Virus record (IMG/VR): IMGVR_UViG_3300042940_001453
Span: 1 to 64,000 of that record
DNA from: an uncultured virus (IMG/VR IMGVR_UViG_3300042940_001453)
Taxonomy: Duplodnaviria; Heunggongvirae; Uroviricota; Caudoviricetes
DNA length: 64,000 bases
Strand: one strand, 5' to 3'
Shown here: positions 38,869 through 49,200 of the stretch, piece after piece
Position numbering within the stretch: position 1 is the first letter of the stretch
Layout of the letters: every line of letters begins with the position of its first letter
Translations under genes and position numbers: made by a program
Notes under the pieces: model-generated
The model's database searches: none
Seen by the model: only the letters and a program-made list of their open reading frames with translations
What the model was told of the DNA's origin: nothing

Positions 38869-41800
38869 TTAATTGGTTGTTGCTTGACCAAATGAACCAA
38901 ATTTTGAGTTACTTGTTGCTAATAATTGATTTGCACGTTGACCATCAATATACACAGCAATTTGACCAGATGCCATCATAGAAGTCAATTTATCAAGTTT
39001 TTCTGCTAAAACTCTATTGGAATTTACAATTGTATTGATCAATAAATCATCAGTTTTTACACTTGTTTTTGATTCAGTCGCAGTTTTTGATGGAGTTTCT
39101 TCTGATGTTCCGACTATTCTACCAACAAAACTAAAAGTTTTTCCTATTGTATCAGATATAAATGAACCAATACCTTTCATTTTTTCCCATACTTTTTCAA
39201 GAGCACCAATAATAAAAGTAAAAGCTCCACTGAATGTGTCTTTGAGAAAAGTACCAACTTCAGATACAGCAGACTTTATTAGTTCAAATCCTTTTTTAAA
39301 TGGATATGTAATCAAATCAAACATCACATCCATTACGGATTTGAAAGCATCAACAAATGTTGTTTTTAAAATATTTATAATCTCTGGTATAATTTGAGCG
39401 GCTTTTTTAAATGGATATGTAAGTACATCAAATAACATATCTACTACAGATTTAATACCATCAACAATCGCTAAACCGATTTCGGATGGAGATTTACCAC
39501 CCAATTTATCCATTACCCAATTATATACCAATTCAAATGGCCATTTAAGTATAGTATATAAAGTGTCTGCTACAGATGCAATACCGTCAGCGATTGCGTT
39601 CAGTCCAAAAGCTTTCAAAATTAACAATCCTAATTTTCCCACTGTTTTAGCTATAGCTATAGGCAATTTAACAAAGTGAAATACAATAATTTCAATTGCT
39701 AATCTTCCAATATTTGCAAAAATTTTACCCCATTCAATTCCCCCACCGCCACCACTAAATAACTCTTCTATTTTATCAGGCAAACTCGTTAGTGCGTCTA
39801 ATAAAAAGTTGGTTACGTCTTTAAATATTCCCGCAAAATCTATATCGGCTAAAAACGACGGTATCTTTTTAAGAAAATCCCAAACCATTTTTAATGGTTC
39901 TACAACCAAAGCATTAACTACAGCTTTTAATCCAGCTACTGCTTTTTGACTCACGGTACCTGTCGTTTCATTAAATGCTTTAAAAAACGCTATGCCACCT
40001 TGAATCACAGATACAACTAGTCCTATTGGTCCTAAAAATTTAGCTACTGCTCCAAAAATCGGAGCGAGTTTTGAAAAAAACCCAATGCCAGTACCAAGTT
40101 TGCCAAATATTCCACCCACAAAACTTCCAATTCCTTTTACCGAACTACCTAGTCCACTAAATACGTTTGAGATAATATTTCCAATTTTTGAAATTGCTGG
40201 AAATTTTGTAAATACTTTTTCAATATTCATTCCGATATTAAAAACGCTATTTGAAAGTTTTGTTAATTGTGTAGATCCTTTTCCGATAAAATTAGATATG
40301 GATTGAAATCCCGTACCAAATCCTTTTAATGTATCTGATGCTGATTTTAGTCCACTTGCGATCTTTTCTATTTTTAACGAAATATTTACTATCGTGTTTA
40401 TGATACCCGATGTACTCGTTGACCACCCAATAAAAATACTTGATATTTTTAGCGCCGATGATAAAAATTGTGAAGAATAAGTAATTAATTTTCCAAATCC
40501 ACTTGTCATTTTTCCTATCCCACCCAATATATTTGATACTATAGATAAACTTTTAAACATCATATATAGTTTACCCACTTCTTGTGCAAATTTTTTGATT
40601 TCTTCTCGGTTATCTTTTATATATTTTAATAACTGTGTAAATATTGGTCCAATTTCTTCCAATATAGGCCCAATAAATTCCATAAAAATTGCATTAATTT
40701 CATTTTGCAACTGTTTCATTCTGGTTTGATTTTTTTCTTGAATCAACCCTTTTTCATATTCGGCTTGAGCAGCTTTTTTAGCAGCAATAGGATCGTTCTT
40801 CATCATTTCCGCCATTTGCTTTTTCTTCTCTGCTTCGGCTCTTACCAATGGATCTTTTGATTTTAATGCTTCTTTCAGATTTTCTTCAGCATTTAACATT
40901 TCTTGCAATTCTTTTACAGTCTTACCAGCAGCTTTTGCAAACGCGTCTTGTGCAATTGGATTTAACTGATTGAACTTAATTTTCTTAGCTTGATCCAATA
41001 TTAATTTATTTGCCCCAATAATATCGCCTTGAAATGCCAATCTGCGAGCTTCATTAAAATTAATATTTTTACCAATCAATGCACTAGCTTTTAATTCTGA
41101 TTGAATACTACTTTCAAAGTCAAGCAAACCCTTTGCAGTTTTTGCCATATTGTCAAGAGTAGTACCCATTTGTCTAGCTTGAGCTGCAGCTCTAACCATT
41201 TCATCTGCATTTTTACCAGCAAACATTCTAGCTTCTTCAGATGCATTTGCGACATCGTTCATTACATCGTCCAACCCAACTCCATAAGCATTTGCAGCAA
41301 ATTTTGCCAATCCCAACATATTTTGTTTGGCTATTGCACTTTTTCCAGATACGCCACCTAACGTTTGTAGAAACTTAACACTTGTTTCAGAAGCTACTCC
41401 AAATTGAGCAGACATTATTGAAACATCTTTAACCAATCCTTTTTCCATAGATTGCAAACTTGTAAAAGTTGAACCTATTTGTTTCATTGTTCCGCCAAGT
41501 TGTTCAGCGTTTATACCAAACTCAGCTAACTCAATAGAAGCTTCTCGTATGTTTTTTTCAAAAATTGCACCCTGACTTGGTAATAGTCCAAATTTTTGTC
41601 TAACATTTGTAGCAGCGGTGTCAATTTGATTAAAAACGTCTAATATTCTTTCAAAAGTACCAGCTAATGTGGTGGGTATATTTAGTTTAGTTGCTAAACC
41701 CGAAGCCAAATCACCCATCTTGTTTAACAACTTTACACCCATCTCCAATGCTTTGTTATATAAATCTATTAACTCGTTTGCTGCTTTTAGTAAAAAATTA

Positions 41801-42276
41801 TGTAGTTTTAACGATTCTAACTTGGAAGCACTGTTTTTCAATAAATGTTCTTCCAAATTCAACTCGGTTGATTTTTTATTAATTAAATCTTGTAAAGCTA
41901 TAACAGTATCGCTGGTAGGATCTTTACTTTGCTCTACTAGAAGTTCAGCTGCGTTTGTCAATAATTCATTTTGTAAACTCTCTATTTTTATGTAACTGTT
42001 GATACGTGCCTGTGCAAATTCATTTAACTTTTTTTCAGAATTTACAAATTTTGATGATAATTTTTCTTGTAAACTTTTTCCTTTTAACTGTTCATCAAGC
42101 TTATCTTTTTGTGTTTTATATGCCTGTCCTAACTGTTTGGCTATATCAACCATTCTTTTCTCGGTATCAACTATCTTGTCTAGATTAGACAGAGTATCTT
42201 TGATTTCAGCGTTTAAATTATTAAACGCCTCTACTAGTTTATCCGCTGTTGCTTTATCAAATGGTTGTGCTGCCAT
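38869..42276 (-). CDS. Tail tape measure protein
   Basis: 1135 aa, helical/amphipathic, Gly/Ala-rich; C-terminal AVYIDG; follows chaperone. Confidence 0.85.
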   Translation of the reverse strand: MAAQPFDKATADKLVEAFNNLNAEIKDTLSNLDKIVDTEKRMVDIAKQLGQAYKTQKDKLDEQLKGKSLQEKLSSKFVNSEKKLNEFAQARINSYIKIESLQNELLTNAAELLVEQSKDPTSDTVIALQDLINKKSTELNLEEHLLKNSASKLESLKLHNFLLKAANELIDLYNKALEMGVKLLNKMGDLASGLATKLNIPTTLAGTFERILDVFNQIDTAATNVRQKFGLLPSQGAIFEKNIREASIELAEFGINAEQLGGTMKQIGSTFTSLQSMEKGLVKDVSIMSAQFGVASETSVKFLQTLGGVSGKSAIAKQNMLGLAKFAANAYGVGLDDVMNDVANASEEARMFAGKNADEMVRAAAQARQMGTTLDNMAKTAKGLLDFESSIQSELKASALIGKNINFNEARRLAFQGDIIGANKLILDQAKKIKFNQLNPIAQDAFAKAAGKTVKELQEMLNAEENLKEALKSKDPLVRAEAEKKKQMAEMMKNDPIAAKKAAQAEYEKGLIQEKNQTRMKQLQNEINAIFMEFIGPILEEIGPIFTQLLKYIKDNREEIKKFAQEVGKLYMMFKSLSIVSNILGGIGKMTSGFGKLITYSSQFLSSALKISSIFIGWSTSTSGIINTIVNISLKIEKIASGLKSASDTLKGFGTGFQSISNFIGKGSTQLTKLSNSVFNIGMNIEKVFTKFPAISKIGNIISNVFSGLGSSVKGIGSFVGGIFGKLGTGIGFFSKLAPIFGAVAKFLGPIGLVVSVIQGGIAFFKAFNETTGTVSQKAVAGLKAVVNALVVEPLKMVWDFLKKIPSFLADIDFAGIFKDVTNFLLDALTSLPDKIEELFSGGGGGIEWGKIFANIGRLAIEIIVFHFVKLPIAIAKTVGKLGLLILKAFGLNAIADGIASVADTLYTILKWPFELVYNWVMDKLGGKSPSEIGLAIVDGIKSVVDMLFDVLTYPFKKAAQIIPEIINILKTTFVDAFKSVMDVMFDLITYPFKKGFELIKSAVSEVGTFLKDTFSGAFTFIIGALEKVWEKMKGIGSFISDTIGKTFSFVGRIVGTSEETPSKTATESKTSVKTDDLLINTIVNSNRVLAEKLDKLTSMMASGQIAVYIDGQRANQLLATSNSKFGSFGQATTN

Positions 42277-42311
42277 ATAATATATAAATATGACAACTAT
42301 ATTATTTTACA

Positions 42312-42530
42312 CTAAAAAGGCTTATCTACTTTACCTGACTTTTTAGCAGGTTCTTTGTAACTATCACTTTCTTTATTCTTTATATTTGCTAATTGAGCAT
42401 AGTAAAAATTACGTAAAAATACAGGTAAATTATACGCAATTTGTACATTTACCGCTCCTTGCGAGAAATAACTCAATTCAAATATTTGACCGTGAACTTG
42501 TAACTTATATTCAGGACTCAGGCCAAAAAA
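42312..42530 (-). CDS. Frameshift extension of the tail assembly chaperone (gpGT-like, no own ATG)
   Basis: 72-codon frame FFGLSPEYKLQVHGQIFEL...AYNLPVFLRNFYY...KPF-TAG reached via a T7 run. Confidence 0.75.
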   Translation of the reverse strand, partial: FFGLSPEYKLQVHGQIFELSYFSQGAVNVQIAYNLPVFLRNFYYAQLANIKNKESDSYKEPAKKSGKVDKPF

Positions 42531-43335
42531 ACTGTACCGTCATCGGTACATCCATCCTTTCCACCTCACCACAGTGTTCACATACAAAGTCAAAACCCAT
42601 ATCCAATTCAGGCGCAATTGTTTTAATATAAGCTCTTAGTGCCATACTGTCTTTTGACAACAACTCATTGTCAACAAATTTATTGATAGATGCAATATCT
42701 GGTTTTCCATCTATACTTACAATCAGCTTTTTAAGTCTGGTAGTTACTTCTGTACTGGCTTGTTTTTTGATCTTGGTCATCGCTTTAATATCACGATCAA
42801 TGCTTTCTTGATCACCAGATGTAACAAGTTTAAATGTTATTCTACGTTTACAATATGGAAACTCAAATTCAAATTCATTACTACCCTTCTGAAACTTATT
42901 GAAGTCCACTTCTTTTTCATTTAATGTACTTAAATCAATATATGTTTTGTTTTCGGTATTACATTTTTTGCACTCAATTTTTACAGGCCCGTATTTGTCA
43001 CCATATGCCAAACGTCTAGCAGCAACAAACAGTGCATTTTTGTCTACCATCAACAAATCTTGTGTTCTTACGCCGGGCGTAACAATTAAAGATTCAAGCA
43101 ATTTATCCAATACAGTACCGTTTTTGATGAAGTTTTCATTGGTTAAAATGTCTTCTTCTCTAGCAGTCATCATCTTTAATTCCACACTACCTTTGCTTAG
43201 TGGACTAGACTCATCATAGAAATATCCTTTAGATGGCAATTCTATTGTTTCCGCAGGATAACTTGTAGGTGCAGCTGTTGTTGATGCAGTTGAATGTTGT
43301 TGCTTTAATTTTTGAATTATAATTTCGTCACTCAT
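42511..43335 (-). CDS. Tail assembly chaperone/baseplate hub assembly protein (T4 gp26-like)
   Basis: IELPSKG, MTAREEDIL, ARRLAYG, two CxxC, FFWP end; upstream of tape measure. Confidence 0.78.
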   Translation of the reverse strand: MSDEIIIQKLKQQHSTASTTAAPTSYPAETIELPSKGYFYDESSPLSKGSVELKMMTAREEDILTNENFIKNGTVLDKLLESLIVTPGVRTQDLLMVDKNALFVAARRLAYGDKYGPVKIECKKCNTENKTYIDLSTLNEKEVDFNKFQKGSNEFEFEFPYCKRRITFKLVTSGDQESIDRDIKAMTKIKKQASTEVTTRLKKLIVSIDGKPDIASINKFVDNELLSKDSMALRAYIKTIAPELDMGFDFVCEHCGEVERMDVPMTVQFFWPES

Positions 43336-43384
43336 AACTTTATAACAATATATAGAACTTTATATAACTTTTATGTTATTATAT

Positions 43385-44293
43385 TTAGGTATTTAATTGA
43401 TGTTGAGCAGCATCACGAGCGGCTGTTTTACTGTCTACTGCATCTTTTTTGTTTTTTACACGTAGTTCAGCCGCAGCTTTTTCTTCGGGGGTAGTTGCAG
43501 CTTTTAAATCGTCATTTGCTTTTGTAAGTTCTTGTTGTGCCGCATCAAGTTCAACGGTACGAAGAACCAATCCAGCTTGATTATACTTTTTTCTTGCAGA
43601 ATTTATTTTAGCTTCGTCTTCTTTCATTATACCCACAATCAATTTCTTTAATAACTTCTTTTGTTTTTCGGTTAATTTACCAGTAATTTTACCCAATTTA
43701 TTGTTTAATATATTATGAACATTTGTATTGTAATTACCAAACAAATCGATAATAAAAGCCTTTTGTTGTTCTGGGGTTAATGTAGCATATTGAGATCTTA
43801 ATTGACTTGCACTTCTAGCCGGTAACCCTAGTACTGTAAAATCTACAGTTGGTACTGTTATCAAGTATCCGTGTTTTATGGCTGGGTCTAATTTGGATTG
43901 ATTTTTTGGCAATGGCTGTAAATAAGAAGGAGATCCATCTTTTTTTACAAAGTTTTTGAATCTTGGATCTTCAATCATATCCTTTTCACTAACTGCAAAA
44001 ATAATAATATCACGTTCTATATTGATTGGTATTTGATTAGCTACACTTTTCAAGTTGTAGTTGTTTTTGACGTTTAGTATTTTGTTTGCCGGTATACCTG
44101 TGGTAATCATCATTTGCATTTTTTCATTGAAAGTAAATGGTGATTTTGGCAATTTTGTAACACCTGTGGTTGTTATGTATACATCATTACCACCAAATTT
44201 AGTGGTTAGGTAGTTGTATACACTTTTGTGACCTTTGTGAAAGGGATGAAATCTACCAGGATAAATTACGAATATTTTCTTGCCCATTTGCAT
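43385..44293 (-). CDS. HxGH cytidyltransferase-like nucleotidyltransferase with coiled-coil tail
   Basis: YPGRFHPFHKGH, SPFTFNEK, SASQLR. Confidence 0.75.
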   Translation of the reverse strand: MQMGKKIFVIYPGRFHPFHKGHKSVYNYLTTKFGGNDVYITTTGVTKLPKSPFTFNEKMQMMITTGIPANKILNVKNNYNLKSVANQIPINIERDIIIFAVSEKDMIEDPRFKNFVKKDGSPSYLQPLPKNQSKLDPAIKHGYLITVPTVDFTVLGLPARSASQLRSQYATLTPEQQKAFIIDLFGNYNTNVHNILNNKLGKITGKLTEKQKKLLKKLIVGIMKEDEAKINSARKKYNQAGLVLRTVELDAAQQELTKANDDLKAATTPEEKAAAELRVKNKKDAVDSKTAARDAAQHQLNT

Positions 44294-44309
44294 ATAGTAA
44301 TAAATAGAA

Positions 44310-44333
44310 AACCCCACAAATAAATGTGGGGTT
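44310..44333 (-). terminator. Intrinsic terminator after tail tube gene
   Basis: AACCCCACA/TGTGGGGTT stem with T-runs on both strands. Confidence 0.75.
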
Positions 44334-44352
44334 CTTTTTGATACAATAAATA

Positions 44353-44844
44353 TTAATATTGGAGAATTGCGTAATCGTATGCTACAGATAAACTGATCAT
44401 CTGAGCAGCACCGTCATCGCTCCAATCCATTTCTTGGAAATCAGCGCTTACGATAAATGAACCTACCAACTTCCATTCTTCTACTTTGTCACCTACTGGA
44501 CCCAAGACGTTAATTGTTAGATCCTTCTTATAGAAGTCTTGGTAACCATCACGACCAGTAACTGATTCGTGGTGCAAACGTACCCATTCCATTACTGCTT
44601 GAGCACCGGATGGTACAATTGGATCATAAAGTTCCATACTGATTTCATCCCATACACTTTTACCCTTGTAGTAGGTTTTTACGTTAATATGGTCAAGTTC
44701 CTTCTTGGCTTGTGTTAGTTTAGGACGATTGACCTTTTTGATGATGAATGATGGAATACCATCAACATAAAGAATAAAACGATTCTTTACTTTTGGTTCG
44801 AATGCCGTAGCGAATATTTCACTTGGATTTAGTAGTTCTGCCAT
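44353..44844 (-). CDS. Tail tube protein (T4 gp19-like)
   Basis: FEPKVKNRF, GKSVWDEISMELYD, YKKDLTI..LGPVGD.VEEWKL.G, YDYA. Confidence 0.85.
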   Translation of the reverse strand: MAELLNPSEIFATAFEPKVKNRFILYVDGIPSFIIKKVNRPKLTQAKKELDHINVKTYYKGKSVWDEISMELYDPIVPSGAQAVMEWVRLHHESVTGRDGYQDFYKKDLTINVLGPVGDKVEEWKLVGSFIVSADFQEMDWSDDGAAQMISLSVAYDYAILQY

Positions 44845-44907
44845 ATTTTTACCTTATTGTTCTTGAATATAAATATTAAACGATTTAGTTTTATATAAAG
44901 TTTTTTA

Positions 44908-46071
44908 TCATTTACTCAAATTTTTATCTGTAATATTTGTGATAGCATTTTTTAGTTGATTGACGTAACCTGTGGATCTTAAAAGTTTAAACACCAAATT
45001 TTCTGTACTATACTCGCCGCTCTTACTTAATCCAGCTTCTCTCATTTCATACAAACGTTTAACTAAACGCTTTAATTTATCTAAATTTTGTTCTTTTATA
45101 GCTGTGGAAATAAACGAAACATATTGTTTGTATTTCTTTGTAATAGCATCTTTATCAATCTGAATGTCTTCTATTTTTGGCTTTTTTACCCATTCATTTT
45201 TCATCAAACTATATACAGCTTGACTTCTATTGACCTCTTTAATATCTTGAATGTAAACTTCCACTGGATGATTGCCAATTCTAATGTTGTGGTTTTCATT
45301 CCATTTGCTTTTTAAGCCATCCACATAATTCTTAACCAGTTCTTCATTTGGATCAATTTTGGAAAAATCTACAACCAAATGTAAGTCAATATCACTTGTT
45401 GGTGTCCAATTATATCCGGCAGTACTACCAAGAAAGTATATATTTTCAAGAGGTACATTCAAATCAGTATCTTTGTAAAAAGTATTTGCAATAGTTAATA
45501 ACTTGTTTAATACATCAGGTTTAATAGCATTTTCAGTAGCCCATATCTCAGGATTTAAAATGCTATTATAAATTCTATGAGATTCTTTGATACCCAACAT
45601 TTCTTTTAGTTTATTAATTGTATCTATTGCGCTTTTATGCAATATTGCTTTACCACCAGCTTTGATAAAATCATTTACATTATCTTCACGGTCATCTATC
45701 AAAATACTATCAGGAGTTGCAAACTTTGCTTTTAAATTTCTATGCGGTACCAAATTAGCTTTAATATCAATATTGTTATTGGCTAACCACTGCTTTTTAC
45801 CAACATATGCCAAATTGGTAGGCGCATGACTCAATATCTCTACAGGCAAATTTGATACAAAATTATAAAGCAATCTGCCATCTTTCATCCAAGGCATACT
45901 AGAATAGTATTCAGGACAATTCTTATCTACAAACTTAAATCTATTCTTTTTACCGTGTTCAGCATCATAAGTTTCAACAGGTACACCACCACTATATCGC
46001 TTGAATTGCAATTCCCAATCACTTATCACACCATCCATATCCAAATATATTTTATGTTTATTAGTAATCAT
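44908..46071 (-). CDS. Fusion: HAD 5'(3')-nucleotidase-like domain + Pol-beta-type nucleotidyltransferase
   Basis: IYLDMDGV...ILIDDREDN; GSTAGYNWTPTSDIDLH...VEVYIQD. Confidence 0.78.
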   Translation of the reverse strand: MITNKHKIYLDMDGVISDWELQFKRYSGGVPVETYDAEHGKKNRFKFVDKNCPEYYSSMPWMKDGRLLYNFVSNLPVEILSHAPTNLAYVGKKQWLANNNIDIKANLVPHRNLKAKFATPDSILIDDREDNVNDFIKAGGKAILHKSAIDTINKLKEMLGIKESHRIYNSILNPEIWATENAIKPDVLNKLLTIANTFYKDTDLNVPLENIYFLGSTAGYNWTPTSDIDLHLVVDFSKIDPNEELVKNYVDGLKSKWNENHNIRIGNHPVEVYIQDIKEVNRSQAVYSLMKNEWVKKPKIEDIQIDKDAITKKYKQYVSFISTAIKEQNLDKLKRLVKRLYEMREAGLSKSGEYSTENLVFKLLRSTGYVNQLKNAITNITDKNLSK

Positions 46072-46226
46072 TTATAATAAATAGTAGCATATTATGCGCT
46101 TACAGTTAATTTAACTATCAATATTTTAGTATTATTATTTAATAATTAACTTAACCATTTAGTTAACTAAGCGCTAGCTTTAGCTTATACTTTATATAAA
46201 AGCAAAAGTCAAGTGTTATATTAAAT

Positions 46227-49200
46227 TTAATTTGAAAATAATACTCTAACATAATCGCAATCGTATAATACGTTATCAGAACCAGGCGTAGAAATTCTAC
46301 AACTACCAGCTAATTGTGCTGTAGGTCTTCTTGGTACTGCAATAAACATATTATTTATAGATTGACCGGGATTTTCATATTGATAAGTTGCTGTACCAGC
46401 TACCACATAATTTGCATTAGAAAATGCAGTGGTAAAGTTAATTGTATAATCGCCGGTACCATTATCAGTTATGGATGATACGTTATTAGACGCGTTAGAT
46501 GATGGTGTGCCTGTTCCATTAAAGTGAATCCATGCTTTTATATTTGTGACACCGCTAGTACCACTGGTACCAGTAATACCACTAGACCCAGCATTACCAT
46601 TTGCGCCACTAGTGCCACTGGTACCTGGATTACCATTTGCGCCACTGGTGCCACTCGTTCCATTGGTACCACTGCTACCCGCACCACCTGGACTGCCATT
46701 TGCGCCACTGGTGCCACTTGTTCCATTAGCACCACCGGTAGATTTGTATACAACGCCGGTTGTATTATCAACTGTTAGAAAATATCCAGTTGCGTTACTT
46801 GTCAATCCTTCCAATTTAAGTGGTAAATTTGTAGAAGATCCACTTATATGCAATTTATTAACAGGACTCGTTGTGCCTATACCAACATTACCACCATTTT
46901 TTAGAGTTAATATTTCTACAGAACCACCATCAACAAAACCGAGTCTATCGATACTTGAGTTTTTATAGTAAAATATATTAAATTGATTCCAAGTACCAGA
47001 AGAATTTCCACTCTTCATTAGTATAGAACCCGTACCAAAACTACCTGCCAACCTACCATCTATTATGAATGAATCTTCAACTGTCAAAGATCCATTCATA
47101 TATGTTGTGCTGTTTACGTAAAAAGTTCCGTTAACTTGAAGTGTATAATTAGGACTTGTTGTACCTATGCCAACACTGCCATTAGAAGCAATACGCATTC
47201 TTTCACTACCACCTGTTTTAAATGTTAGTGTATCAGCGGCTGCCCAATCCATACCAGTATTGGTATCTTGATTAAAAGCATAATATGGGTCATGATTACC
47301 ATAAGCAACTGCTCCTGTAGTATCACCCGCATAAACTACACCCGCACTATTTATCAATAATATAGTGTTGGTACTACCAGCTCTAATTCTAAATGGATAG
47401 AAATTAGCTCCAACTGCAGCTGCATAATCATATCCAACACCAATTGCCCCACCACCAAAACTTGAATTTGTAGATCTTACAAACAAGAATGAACCAGACG
47501 TAGTATTTGTTCCTTCTGTTTGTATTTGTAAACCTGAATTTGTAATTATCGTACCAATACCAACACATCCACCTGGAATTATGGTTGGTATATATCCAAC
47601 ACTATTTTCGTATCCATATAGTTCTACTCTCTTATATGTACCACCATTAATTAGGAACTTACCAGAAATATAATTTACATCTCCTGTATTAATTGACATT
47701 CCATAATAATAGTTATCAGCTTTTAGAAAGTTATTGGCGGTTAATTGTAATGGAAATGCGTTGCCATATGGATATGAAACAAACATGAAGTTGCTTGTAT
47801 TTATAGAACCAACCACATCCAATTTATAAGCAGGAGTACTTGTGCCTATACCCACATTACCATCTGTAGCTATACGCATTTTTTCATCAACTGCCGTTCT
47901 GAATACAACAGGATAACTACCAATTGAACCTACATACAAAGCTGATGCACTTGAATCAAATCCACCAATTCTTGAACCACCAACCATCGTTTCAATAACC
48001 GCCGAATTGGTGCCGTTAACTTGTAAAAATCTATAGTTTGATTGTGCAGTTGGTGATGTTGTACCAATACCCACATCGCCATCTCCTGTTATTACCATTC
48101 TAGTAACAACACTACCAAGTACATTTGTATCTGTAGTTTGTACACCAAATTCAAGTCTTGGATTTAAATATTGAGGATTGGCTTGAGTAGTATATAGTCT
48201 TATATAAGCACCGTAATCATCATTTGCATCTCTTTGTATAAACAATAAACCAGTAGAGTCACCAACACTAGTCATTGTTCCTCCAGATAATCTAATTGGA
48301 TATACTGCACCGGCTCCTGTTGAAGAACCATTATTTATAGTTAATTTTTGTGATGGACTTGTTGTACCTATACCAACATTACCATCGGCTGCAATTCTGA
48401 ATCGTTCGGATGAATTTGTGTAGATAGTAAAGAAATTACTAGCACCAACACCATATAAATAATGTTGATTTCCAGCACTTCCAATTTCAAAATTACCATT
48501 TGAATTTCTAATGCGTAAATATCTATCAGATGTATTATTTGCACCAATTGTTACGGATACTCCAGTTCCAGATGTATTTAATCCAACACCACCTGTCACA
48601 TCCAATGAAAATACAGGACTTGTTGTACCTATACCAACATTACCTGCTCCTGTTACAACCAATGAAGTTGCGGATGTACCACCTACTTCAAAATAATCTG
48701 AAGTATCTACAACTTTTAGATCCCAATTTCTTACACCATTATCAGTTAATCTTAATGTAGAATTACCTGATGTGGCCAATACTCTAATTATTGGGCTAGA
48801 CCCAGCTACTTCTAATAATTGACTTGGACTTGTTGTACCTATACCTACGTTACCGACTGATGTAATTCTAAATTTTTCTGTCAGTGTTGAATTATCTGAT
48901 CCGCCTGTAAATGTTCCCACTATAAAAGCACCTGCAGCGGTACCTCCATTTTCATTTAATGCTCTTAAAACCACGCTTGGTCTAGAAGTTCCTGATCCGC
49001 CAAATGTATTTGCTCCTGAACCGGCGCCACTCCATAATTGAAATGCAATTTCTGCGTAGTCATTTGTTGTAGATGTTTTATTTAATTTTAAATTTAAAGT
49101 TTGTGGACTTGTTGTTGATTGTATATCCGTTAAATAATTAGGACTTGTTGTACCTATACCAACATTACCACCATTTTCTATAGTAAAGATATCAGCCGCA

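Noticed and set aside
42386..42631. 81-aa + strand ORF between chaperone and tape measure
   Set aside because: Antisense to the tail operon; better explained by the - strand frameshift extension
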